Of a stretch of 56,096 nt of DNA, positions 37,855 through 46,633 are shown one piece after another (the stretch's first letter is position 1; each line of letters begins with the position of its first letter). This DNA comes from an uncultured bacterium. Its GTDB lineage: Bacteria > Muiribacteriota > Ozemobacteria > Ozemobacterales > Ozemobacteraceae. The stretch covers positions 1 through 56,096 of the forward strand of contig CAZQYQ010000001.1 in assembly GCA_964597625.1 (NCBI GenBank), written 5' to 3'. The translations under genes were made by a program, and so were the position numbers. A model generated the notes under the pieces. That model made no database searches. It saw only the letters and a program-made list of their open reading frames with translations, and was not told the origin of the DNA.

Positions 37855-40179
37855 TCAGGCGTTCTGGCGTCCACGGTCGAGGTGGGTGCGGAACATGCAG
37901 ATCAGCGCCGGCATGATCGTGATTTCGCACAGCATGCCGAAGACGATCGTCAGGGCCAGGAGACCGCCGAAGAGAATGACCGACTTGATGCTGGCGAACA
38001 CAAGCGCCGAAAAGCCCAGGGAATAAATGATCGACGTCGATATGACCGCCGGCCCCGCTTCGATGAGACAGTCGCTGATCGACTCGACCGGATCGAGGTG
38101 CCGCCTCGAAGGCTCATAGAACAGGAACAGCTCGTGAATCGTATCGTCGACGGCGATTCCCAGCGCGATGGATGCGATGGTGACAGTCGCGATATCCAGC
38201 TTGATTCCCAGCCAGCCCATCATTCCCATTGTCATGATGACCGGAAACACGTTGGGAATGATCCCGAGCCAGATGGCATCGAACCGTCTCAGCAGCAGGG
38301 CCATCGCGAGAAAGATGAAGAACAGGGCTGTTCCAAAGCTCGAAAGCTGACTGCTTGTAATATAGTTGATGATACGTGCATACAGCGGAACATAGCCGCC
38401 GAACTTGATCGTCACACCGGTGCCGTCATAAATCCGCCTGAGCAGCTCGTCCGCCTTTCCCTCGAAATCACGCAACTGCGAGGCACTGACCATCGGAAGC
38501 CTGACCGTCAGGCGGGCTTCGCTGTAGTTGGGGACGTCCGTCATGTGTACAAGATCATTGTCCGGATCGGATTCATACAGCATGAGCAGCTGACTGACCG
38601 CGTTGAACGAATCAGGAACGCGATACGAGGAGGTCGCTCCATCGCTCATGACCTGATTCAGTTTGCGCAGCACATCGAGGATCGAAGCGGCGCGCTGGAC
38701 CTGGGGAATCGCTTCCAACTCATCATGAGCCCGACGGAGTCTGTTCAGAAATTCCGGATCCTTGATGCCGTCAGTCTTCCCGGTCAGCAGGCGGATTTCC
38801 AGCGGCAGATAGTTGCCGTAATCCCGTTCAACCGCATCGCTGTCAATCCGCACCGGATTCGACGCATGGAGAAACCCCATCGAGTAGGTATCGACCTTGA
38901 GATGCGCGATACCGACGAATCCGAAGACGGTCGCCAGGACCAGAAGCCCCATGACCAGCTTGTAATGCTTCGGCATCAGGCGCACCCACGAATCGACGAC
39001 GCCTGCAAACGGCCGCCGCAACTCCATCCCATGACTCGGCTGAAGTTTTCCCAGGATAAACGCCGCGGATATCATCGCGAACAGATACTCGAACATGCAG
39101 GCGGTGCCCGCGAAGAAGCCGAACCCTTTCAGTACCGCCATCGGGCTCGTGATGATCGACCAGAAGCCGAGCGCATTCGTGATCGAGGTGAACAGGCACG
39201 GGGAAAGGCACTCGATGAAAACCTGTTCGAGCCCTTTTTCCCGATCCTCCGCAATTTTGTCGAGATTATAGCAATAGTTATTGTATACATAGGCGACGTC
39301 CGAGATCGCCAGGATGATCATCAGCGTCGGCAGCACGATCGTCACCATATTGAAGTTCTGACGGAAAAGCCCGTAAAACCCAACGAACCAGCCACCACCC
39401 AGGAGCATCACAACCACGACGATTCCCAGGAAGGGTTTCGACCGGTACAGGAGGAATATCACCAACGCGATGACAATGCTGGATATCAGCGAGAACAAAA
39501 ACCCGTCGCGAATGCTGAGCCGGTTGAGTTCATCGTACATGACGCCCATCCCGGCGAGTCTGTAGGAAAAGCCCTGCAGTTTTTCACGGACCGCCGCGAT
39601 CATCTGCGGCCGCCGGACGTCCATGTCGGGAGTCGCGACCGGCTCTATCAGGAGGACCGCGAATCGCTGCGCCAGGTCGGTGAGCAGTTTTTTCTTGAGC
39701 GGGTCACTCAGGAATTTTTCACGTATATGTTCAGCATCTGAAGCCGTTTTGACATCGGCCGTGATCAGATCCTCGACGATCAGGGTGTCGCTGCCCTGCA
39801 GCCCGATGTAGGGGGCAACGCCAATGCTGAGAACACGCCTGAAGTTCGCTTCATCAGCCTCGATGGCCTTCGACGTGATCCAGAGGGACTGAAGTTTATC
39901 GGGGTCGAAGATCCTGCCGGGTCCACCGCAATCAATCAGCGCCAGAATGATCTCATCGTTGCCGTACTGCTTCTTGAATTCGCGATACCCGGTCAGGGTC
40001 GGATCCTCCTCGAGGAACCACGACTCGAGACTGTTATCGATGCGAATCTGCGTTGCGAAAGGCAGCCCGGCGAGAACGAACAGAACCGAAAGGATGAACA
40101 GGATGTTTCGGTGCCGCACCAGCAGCCGCGCGCAAGCCGAAAAGAAGGGGGACGGCTTGTGAGAAACGTCTTCACTCAT
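37855..40179 (-). CDS. RND-superfamily exporter of the MMPL/HpnN type
   Basis: 774 aa with a 2 x (1 TM + large soluble loop + 5 TM) layout. MMPL-like GIAVDDTIH motif. The ATG overlaps the upstream stop (ATGA). Confidence 0.85.
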   Translation of the reverse strand: MSEDVSHKPSPFFSACARLLVRHRNILFILSVLFVLAGLPFATQIRIDNSLESWFLEEDPTLTGYREFKKQYGNDEIILALIDCGGPGRIFDPDKLQSLWITSKAIEADEANFRRVLSIGVAPYIGLQGSDTLIVEDLITADVKTASDAEHIREKFLSDPLKKKLLTDLAQRFAVLLIEPVATPDMDVRRPQMIAAVREKLQGFSYRLAGMGVMYDELNRLSIRDGFLFSLISSIVIALVIFLLYRSKPFLGIVVVVMLLGGGWFVGFYGLFRQNFNMVTIVLPTLMIILAISDVAYVYNNYCYNLDKIAEDREKGLEQVFIECLSPCLFTSITNALGFWSIITSPMAVLKGFGFFAGTACMFEYLFAMISAAFILGKLQPSHGMELRRPFAGVVDSWVRLMPKHYKLVMGLLVLATVFGFVGIAHLKVDTYSMGFLHASNPVRIDSDAVERDYGNYLPLEIRLLTGKTDGIKDPEFLNRLRRAHDELEAIPQVQRAASILDVLRKLNQVMSDGATSSYRVPDSFNAVSQLLMLYESDPDNDLVHMTDVPNYSEARLTVRLPMVSASQLRDFEGKADELLRRIYDGTGVTIKFGGYVPLYARIINYITSSQLSSFGTALFFIFLAMALLLRRFDAIWLGIIPNVFPVIMTMGMMGWLGIKLDIATVTIASIALGIAVDDTIHELFLFYEPSRRHLDPVESISDCLIEAGPAVISTSIIYSLGFSALVFASIKSVILFGGLLALTIVFGMLCEITIMPALICMFRTHLDRGRQNA

Positions 40180-42998
40180 GAGGCTGCTCCGGCGATACCA
40201 TCACTTCCGTCGGCTCGTTCAAGAATGCGGACGATTCCCGTCGTTCCATCCATCTCGACCAGATCGCCGGTCTTCACGCGCTTCGTTATGCCGGTTATCC
40301 CGACGATCGCGGGCAGACCGAGCTCCCGCGCCACGATCACCGAGTGCGAAAGCATGCTTCCGCGCTCGATAAGAAGTCCGGCTGCCGTCGCGAACAGCGG
40401 CACCCAGCCGGGATCGGTGCGTGCAGCGACAAGGATCTCTCCATTGAGCTGCATGTCATCGTTCGGGTTGAGAATGACCTTGACCCGCTTTCTGACGACA
40501 CCGGAACAGCCGCCGATCCCCTGGAGCAGGTTCGGATCATCACTCTGCTGCATCTTCAGAACGCTTTTGTTCAGGTCGTTCGTGTAGACGATGCCCGTCG
40601 TCTCGATGCGGTCGGGCAGCTCATCCATCGCCCTGTATGCGTCGAATTCGGCTTTACGCACGGCAGCCAGTTCCCGCAGTCTCTGGCTGATGGCCGTGCC
40701 GACGACATACGACAGGAGTTCATCCTTATGCAGATAAAACACATCTTCGTGATGGTCGATGATGCCGCGTTCGGCAAGCCGACGGCCGATGCCGACATAG
40801 ATCCGGCGGGCCAGGCCGTACATTTTCGTGCGGGCGAACCGCTGGTATTCCCGCACCGCGACAGCCTTCTTCGCATACTCGGTCACGAACTGCATGATCG
40901 GCAGCTTGGGAAAGAAGCCCCAGAGTTTCTGATCGCGGAGGGCATCCGCGACGCGTTTCTCGGCCTCCTCGCGTTTCCTCGCCTCCTGCCGGCCCGTGTC
41001 GTCTTCGGCCGGGAGCGCGCCTGCGGCGTAGTTTTTCAGCATGCTGAACAAAAACTCGGGTTTTTCGTTGAGTGACGGCTCCTCGAGCTTGAGCTCATTC
41101 ATCGTGCGAAAGCCGAATTCATCGAGATACGCAGAGATCTGCGCCGCGAGCTCGCGTTCTTCCGCCGGCGCTTCGGCTCCATTCGCTCCCTTCCCCGTCC
41201 GCCGGATGAACCGTGTTTTGAGCGCTGCGGCATCGAGCGTCTGGAACAGCCCGGCAAGGTCGGCATGCGATTTGATGAACCGCGCCATTTTCTGCATGGA
41301 CCGCATTGGAAGGGTACTTTCAACATTTCCCTGGCCCGCGACGAGATCATTCTGCAGCGAATGTTCGGCATTCGGAAGCCAGGCTCCGATCAGCGATTTC
41401 AGCACGCCGTAAAAAATCATCGCCATGAAGTCGTTGATGATCGGCGCTTTCCAGTTCCGCAAAACCGTGTTTTCGAGCTCGTTGTAGATATCGACGAGCC
41501 TGTGAGCCGGCTGATGGTCGAAATCGAAATCCTTGTATTTATTATACATTTTTGTATATATATCCATGAATTTCTTCACTTCGGCATCGATGGTCCAGAA
41601 TTTCCAGGCGAGATTGACGCCGACCCAGGCCATGCGGGGCAGTTCGATCAGCCATCGTCGGAAAAACCCCGACTGTTTCCGGTCCTCATGGGACTCGGTC
41701 GCGAACTCGAACGTCGCCTTCACTCCCATCATCCCTTCCATGAACCGGGAGTTGAAGGAGTAGCCGGGCAGGACGGAAACGAGGCGATACCAGTTTTTCA
41801 GGTTATAATATATTCTACCGTTTAAAAAACCCAGCATATTGCCGAAATTGAAATCGTATTTCCGGATGGTCTCTTCGGGAACGCCGAGCACCTGGCAGAA
41901 TTGCACATAGACGTTGTGATACGCATGAAGGGCGAACGAGAAGGTCAGCGGCGTCGTCACGCCCGAGTAGCTCTCGACGATGTTCGAGTTGTCCCAGAGC
42001 GTGACGTATGACCGTTCTGACGGCCAGGGTTGTTCGACAGTCGTGACCGGCCGGGCCTGGAGAATCTTGATGCGCCCGTCACGGGCGATCGTCCATTCGA
42101 TGTCCTGCGGCACGCCGCCATATTCGCGCTCGATCCGGTGGCAGGCCGCGGCAATCGCCCAGACCTGCTTTTCATCGAGACACGGCTTCCCAGCTTCTTC
42201 AACCGGAATCGGCTCTTCGATGGTCCCGTATCCCTGGGCGCGATCGAATACCACGCGTTCATCCTTGTGAGCGATCTCGCTCGAATCGATCGGGTATCCG
42301 TCTTTCTTGAGGACAACGAACCGGTCGGCATCCACCCCGCCCGAAACGAGTCCCTCGCCAAGACCCCAGACGGCATTGATCAGGATTTCGTCTTCATACT
42401 TCGTCTGCGGGTTCACCGTGAACGTGACGCCGGACGCGATACCGTCGATCATCTCCTGAACCACGACCGCCATCGCAATGCCATGCTGCGCGATTTTCCG
42501 CATGAACCGATAGGAAACGGCGCGATCGGAATACATCGATGCCCAGCAGCTCACCACCGACAGGGCGATTTCGCTCTCGGTGCGACAGAACAGATAGGTG
42601 TCGAGCATGCCGGCATACGAAAACTCTTTCGAATCCTCACCAAGCGCGCTCGATCTGACCGCCACGAACGCGCCGTCCCCGATCTTCCCGCGAAGCGCCC
42701 CATACATTTCGTCAGCGATATTACTCGGAAGCGGGTGCGAAACGATGCAGTCGCGGACGATTTTCGAGGTCTCCGCGACGCGCATCGGCGATGACCCGTC
42801 GAGCATTTTTACGGCTGCATCGAACTCTTCGCGAAATCCGGCGATGAACGCATCGAAGCAGCGGCTCGAGACGATGACGAACGGCGGCACCTCCGCTCCG
42901 GATGCGACGAGCCGGAGCAGATTCGCTCCCTTGCCGCCCGCAATTTGAGCGGCTTCAGCCGCCGACATCGAGTTCGGGGTGATGATGCGGTCAGACAT
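40176..42998 (-). CDS. PEP-utilising-enzyme family phosphotransferase: PPDK_N ATP-grasp, ~500-aa unique central region, phosphohistidine swivel domain; no PEP/pyruvate TIM barrel
   Basis: AAGGAG RBS. N-terminal GGKGANLLRL...QDIEWTIARDGRIKILQARPVT (ATP-grasp). C-terminal ILVAARTDPGWVPLFATAAGLLIERGSMLSHSVIVARELGLPAIVG (mobile His domain). 940 aa. Confidence 0.85.
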   Translation of the reverse strand: MSDRIITPNSMSAAEAAQIAGGKGANLLRLVASGAEVPPFVIVSSRCFDAFIAGFREEFDAAVKMLDGSSPMRVAETSKIVRDCIVSHPLPSNIADEMYGALRGKIGDGAFVAVRSSALGEDSKEFSYAGMLDTYLFCRTESEIALSVVSCWASMYSDRAVSYRFMRKIAQHGIAMAVVVQEMIDGIASGVTFTVNPQTKYEDEILINAVWGLGEGLVSGGVDADRFVVLKKDGYPIDSSEIAHKDERVVFDRAQGYGTIEEPIPVEEAGKPCLDEKQVWAIAAACHRIEREYGGVPQDIEWTIARDGRIKILQARPVTTVEQPWPSERSYVTLWDNSNIVESYSGVTTPLTFSFALHAYHNVYVQFCQVLGVPEETIRKYDFNFGNMLGFLNGRIYYNLKNWYRLVSVLPGYSFNSRFMEGMMGVKATFEFATESHEDRKQSGFFRRWLIELPRMAWVGVNLAWKFWTIDAEVKKFMDIYTKMYNKYKDFDFDHQPAHRLVDIYNELENTVLRNWKAPIINDFMAMIFYGVLKSLIGAWLPNAEHSLQNDLVAGQGNVESTLPMRSMQKMARFIKSHADLAGLFQTLDAAALKTRFIRRTGKGANGAEAPAEERELAAQISAYLDEFGFRTMNELKLEEPSLNEKPEFLFSMLKNYAAGALPAEDDTGRQEARKREEAEKRVADALRDQKLWGFFPKLPIMQFVTEYAKKAVAVREYQRFARTKMYGLARRIYVGIGRRLAERGIIDHHEDVFYLHKDELLSYVVGTAISQRLRELAAVRKAEFDAYRAMDELPDRIETTGIVYTNDLNKSVLKMQQSDDPNLLQGIGGCSGVVRKRVKVILNPNDDMQLNGEILVAARTDPGWVPLFATAAGLLIERGSMLSHSVIVARELGLPAIVGITGITKRVKTGDLVEMDGTTGIVRILERADGSDGIAGAAS

Positions 42999-43010
42999 CG
43001 CAAAGTCTCC

Positions 43011-43397
43011 TTATTTGTTCAGCACACAGAATCCGGCGTTGAGATAGGTCGCAAAACTCACCCAGACCAGATAGGGAACCAGCAGCAGGGCAGAAACCGG
43101 ATGGTTCCGCCGGAAATGAGCAATAATGCCGATCAGCGTCACGACAAGGAACAGAATGTCAGCCAGGGCCGCCACGGGCGACTGGCGACCGAAAAACAGC
43201 GGTGTCCAGGCCAGGTTTGAAGTAACGTGCGCGGCAATCAGCGCATTGATCCGCGCAGGCACGCGCCCACGCTCCGCGCGATAAAACAGGAACAGCGATG
43301 CCGCAATCATGAGATACAGGATGGTCCAGACCGGGCCGAATATCCAGCCTGGCGGGGTCAGTGGTGGCCGCTTCAGTGTCTCATACCAGGCGTTCAT
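43011..43397 (-). CDS. tspO: TspO/MBR-family protein, short form lacking the first TM helix
   Basis: It begins directly at the conserved loop WYETLKRPPLTPPGWIFGPVWTILYLMIAA, followed by about 4 TMs. At 128 aa it is shorter than the ~150-160 aa usual for TspO. Confidence 0.75.
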   Translation of the reverse strand: MNAWYETLKRPPLTPPGWIFGPVWTILYLMIAASLFLFYRAERGRVPARINALIAAHVTSNLAWTPLFFGRQSPVAALADILFLVVTLIGIIAHFRRNHPVSALLLVPYLVWVSFATYLNAGFCVLNK

Positions 43398-43421
43398 CCC
43401 GGCTCGGGTTCCTTTCGTTTT

Positions 43422-44360
43422 CTACATCCCCAGGACATAGCAGGCATTCCAGACCCGATATGCGCCCGCAACGATGGCAACGTGGTATCCGAGCAGGTAA
43501 AAGGTCACCACGCCGCGGTACAGCTTCGCCACGGCCGCCGTCGGCCGTATCGCGTACATGGCCCCGGCAAGAACGACAACAGCGACCAGCGAGCCGGCAG
43601 CCCCGATCAGCATTTCGGGCCAGATCGGGAAAATTGATGCGCAGGCTATCCAAAGCAGGAAATAGCCGATCAGCATGTTCGCGACCAGCAGGGCGACGGC
43701 GCCGGCGGGCCCCAGGCGGAGCGAATAGGAATCAACGCCCGCGCGCTCCTCTTCCCTGCCGAATGTCTTGCGGCCGAACTCGAACACGTTGAACACGAAC
43801 CAGTTGCCGAGCGCGAATGTCGCAAATCCCGAACCGACGGCCACGAATTGATTCCCGGTTGCCATCGAGCAGGAAAGAAAGCCGAGCATCGTTGCCGAGA
43901 ACGTGTGCGTGATCGCATACAACTCCATCTTCGGCCGCATCCAGTCGCCGACGAAGAACTCCATGCGCATCAGCAGGGTGAAACACAGCACCATCACCAT
44001 CGTCGAGAATGACGCCCAACCCATATTGGCCGCTATAGCAAGTTCGGTCAGGATGACGAACAGCGTCGCCGTGCCGAATTCGCCAAGGCTGATCAAACCT
44101 CGCGCAAGCGGCCGGTTCGGGTTGTGTTCGCGGTCGTAGGCCTCGTCCTTCACTTCATCGAACATCCGCATGTGAAGAAACACGAGCCACACGACCACAA
44201 AGCCTGCCGCAAGACGCACCGGGCTGAAGGCATATCCGCCGCCCGGCGGTCTGCCCATCATCACATTTGCCGCGTAAAAAGCAGCGACGGTCAGCGTAAT
44301 GCCGATCGGTTCGTGCCGCTCGCGCAGGAACTGCCACCAGCGAAGAATCAATGCCTTCAT
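43422..44360 (-). CDS. UbiA-superfamily prenyltransferase-like membrane protein
   Basis: 8-9 TMs. The first Asp-rich motif is FDEVKDEAYDREHNPNRPLARG. A second loop motif, EEERAGVDSYSLRLG, resembles DxxxD...G..s. The ATG overlaps the ligase stop (ATGA). Confidence 0.65.
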   Translation of the reverse strand: MKALILRWWQFLRERHEPIGITLTVAAFYAANVMMGRPPGGGYAFSPVRLAAGFVVVWLVFLHMRMFDEVKDEAYDREHNPNRPLARGLISLGEFGTATLFVILTELAIAANMGWASFSTMVMVLCFTLLMRMEFFVGDWMRPKMELYAITHTFSATMLGFLSCSMATGNQFVAVGSGFATFALGNWFVFNVFEFGRKTFGREEERAGVDSYSLRLGPAGAVALLVANMLIGYFLLWIACASIFPIWPEMLIGAAGSLVAVVVLAGAMYAIRPTAAVAKLYRGVVTFYLLGYHVAIVAGAYRVWNACYVLGM

Positions 44361-46135
44361 TTTCTTGCCTGTCCCGGCGCCGCATCCTTCAGGAGAGCGT
44401 CACGCAGAACGCCGTATTCGACCTTGCTGTGATGCCGCGGATCCATGGGGATATTGTCGACCGTTCCAGCATGATCGAACGGCACGGCGGCTTTATCCAG
44501 CTCTGTTGCCAGTTCCGCAAGAATCCGGTCCTTGTTCGGATCGTTCAGGTCATGAAGCTGCACCAGCGCCCAGGCTTTCTCGCCAAGTTTCTCGTCAGGC
44601 ATGCCGATGAAGGCAGCCTGTTTGACCGCCGGGTGGCGCTTGAGCAGCATCTCGACCTTGACCGGGAACAGCATCTGCTCGCCCCGCAGGATCGCATTGT
44701 GAACGCGGCCGACCAGCCAGACGTTGTTCTGAGCATCGAGCCTGGCCAGATCGCCGGTGCGGTGCCAGACTTTGCCGTTCGACTCGATGACTTTCGTTTT
44801 GGCGATGGCATCAGGGTCGTTGTAATAGGATTTGCAGACATGCAGCCCCGCAACGACGAGTTCGCCGACCTCGCCCTTTTTGACTTCGAGAGGCGTCCAG
44901 TCGTCGTTCGCAAGGGAGATGTTCGTTTTTTTGATTTTAATGAACCTGTATTCGAGCCCATGCGCGAAATGGCCGACATTCACCCCGTCTGTTCCGGCTT
45001 CGCCATGCCGCGGATGCAGAATATCAGTCGCCTCGATGTGGGCGATCGGTTCAACCTCGGTTGAGCCATACAGCACCCAGATCTCCGATTGTGGCACGGC
45101 CTTTTTCATGAGTGCCAGCGTTTCGTTACTGATCGGGGCGCCGCCCGTGATGATGCGGCGAAGGCTGGGCATCTGAATATTTCTCGCGGCGCAGAACTCG
45201 GAAATGCCCACCATCATCGAGGGTGACAGGGTTGCGCAGGTGATTTTGCAGCTCAGCATCTGGCTGACGAGCATCAACGGATCGCGTTCAGTCGGTCTGC
45301 CGATATCCGAAATCGGAATGATGGTGGTTACACCGGCAGCGAGGTTGTTGAGCGAAAAGATCGGGAATGCCGGCAGATCGTAATCCTTTTCGGTATACGG
45401 CAGGCACTCATCAAGCGCGTAATGCTGCGATGCGAGAAACTGGTGCGTGCGGTTGGCCCCCTTCGGAACGCCGGAGCTTCCGGTGGTGAAGGTGATCAGC
45501 GCCGTTTCTTCCCCTCCCACCGCGACGATCTCTGGAAGCGGACTGCATGTCTGAAACTCTTCGACGCTTCCCGTATAGGCTCCCGTGTGGGGGCCACATA
45601 CTATTTTAATAGGTATTTTTGCCAGTTCAGGCTCGTCGGCGCAATACTGGAACGCCTGTTCAAAGCTGATGAACGCGCTCGCACCGGCGATCTTCGCGCT
45701 GATGCCCAGCTGGGACCTGCGCGCCCAGGAGTCGAGGAAAACCACGCTGGCTCCGAGCATCTGGACCGCAGCCATGGTCTGATACAGACGCAGCGACATC
45801 GGCAGAAAGATGATGACGCGGTCGCCATGCCTGATACCGATTTCCCTCAACCCGCTCGCCGTTCGGCGGATCAGGTCATTAAAAACGTCGAACGTGACCT
45901 GCTGATGCGCGACATCGGTGACAATCTGATCGTTCCAGACAGGCAGCTTTGACGGATCTGCCCATCGGAAGGCGATTCCCCGGGGTTTGTTGTTCCTATG
46001 ACGCTCGATGAGGGAAACCACGTTGTTGCGCGCATCGATCCCGTCAAAGAAACCGATCGATCTGTTCTGATGCTTTTCGCATTCCGACATTCTGCCTCTC
46101 TCCCTCCATGCTGGCGCCATAAAACGCATACTCAC
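44357..46135 (-). CDS. adenylate-forming enzyme (AMP-dependent synthetase/ligase superfamily)
   Basis: ITFTTGSSGVPKGANRTH (AMP-binding core motif), VLYGSTEVEPIA and WHRTGDLARLD. The start may be ATG 46090 (MSECEK...) rather than 46135. Confidence 0.85.
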   Translation of the reverse strand: MSMRFMAPAWRERGRMSECEKHQNRSIGFFDGIDARNNVVSLIERHRNNKPRGIAFRWADPSKLPVWNDQIVTDVAHQQVTFDVFNDLIRRTASGLREIGIRHGDRVIIFLPMSLRLYQTMAAVQMLGASVVFLDSWARRSQLGISAKIAGASAFISFEQAFQYCADEPELAKIPIKIVCGPHTGAYTGSVEEFQTCSPLPEIVAVGGEETALITFTTGSSGVPKGANRTHQFLASQHYALDECLPYTEKDYDLPAFPIFSLNNLAAGVTTIIPISDIGRPTERDPLMLVSQMLSCKITCATLSPSMMVGISEFCAARNIQMPSLRRIITGGAPISNETLALMKKAVPQSEIWVLYGSTEVEPIAHIEATDILHPRHGEAGTDGVNVGHFAHGLEYRFIKIKKTNISLANDDWTPLEVKKGEVGELVVAGLHVCKSYYNDPDAIAKTKVIESNGKVWHRTGDLARLDAQNNVWLVGRVHNAILRGEQMLFPVKVEMLLKRHPAVKQAAFIGMPDEKLGEKAWALVQLHDLNDPNKDRILAELATELDKAAVPFDHAGTVDNIPMDPRHHSKVEYGVLRDALLKDAAPGQARK

Positions 46136-46231
46136 CTCACCACCCTATCACGGAGGATCTGAGGAAACAATGTCATTGCATCGTGATATCATCGCGGAAA
46201 GAGGCGTTATGGAACTTCACTTTTCGAGGAA

Positions 46232-46633
46232 TTGCGCATGATACGGAACGTTCATTTTATCCTCTATGTCGCTGACCAGGAACGCTCGACCGCGTTTTAC
46301 CGCCGGATTCTCGGCATCGAACCACGTTTGAACGTCCCCGGCATGACGGAATATGACCTTCCCGGGGGCGCGGTGCTCGGCCTCATGCCCGAGCGTGGCA
46401 TCAAACGTCTGCTGGGCGCCGCCCTGCCTGATCCGGCCTGGGCGAATGGCGCTCCGCGCGCGGAGGTGTATCTGATCGTCGACAACCCTGTTGAAGCCCA
46501 TCAGAAAGCGATCGCCATGGGTGCGGTCGAGGTCAGCCCGCCGCTCGAACGGGACTGGGGCCATCTGGCTGCCTACAGCCTCGATCCGGATGGTCACGTC
46601 CTCGTTTTTGCCTGCCCTGCCGGCGGAAAATGA
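46232..46633 (+). CDS. VOC (glyoxalase/bleomycin-resistance/dioxygenase) family protein
   Basis: 133 aa. [25 protein letters not shown]...[20 protein letters not shown]...[18 protein letters not shown] is a typical paired beta-alpha-beta-beta-beta module. Confidence 0.8.
   Translation: MRMIRNVHFILYVADQERSTAFYRRILGIEPRLNVPGMTEYDLPGGAVLGLMPERGIKRLLGAALPDPAWANGAPRAEVYLIVDNPVEAHQKAIAMGAVEVSPPLERDWGHLAAYSLDPDGHVLVFACPAGGK

Noticed and set aside
37882-39741. 619-aa plus-strand ORF
   Set aside because: It is antisense to the MMPL/RND exporter gene. Its composition is dominated by Arg, Asp, His and Gln runs with no hydrophobic core or motifs. The same reasoning applies to other long shadow ORFs (205-1014, 7592-8464, 13097-14086, 14365-15147, 32090-32956, 46594-47187, 51901-52785, 27579-28466).
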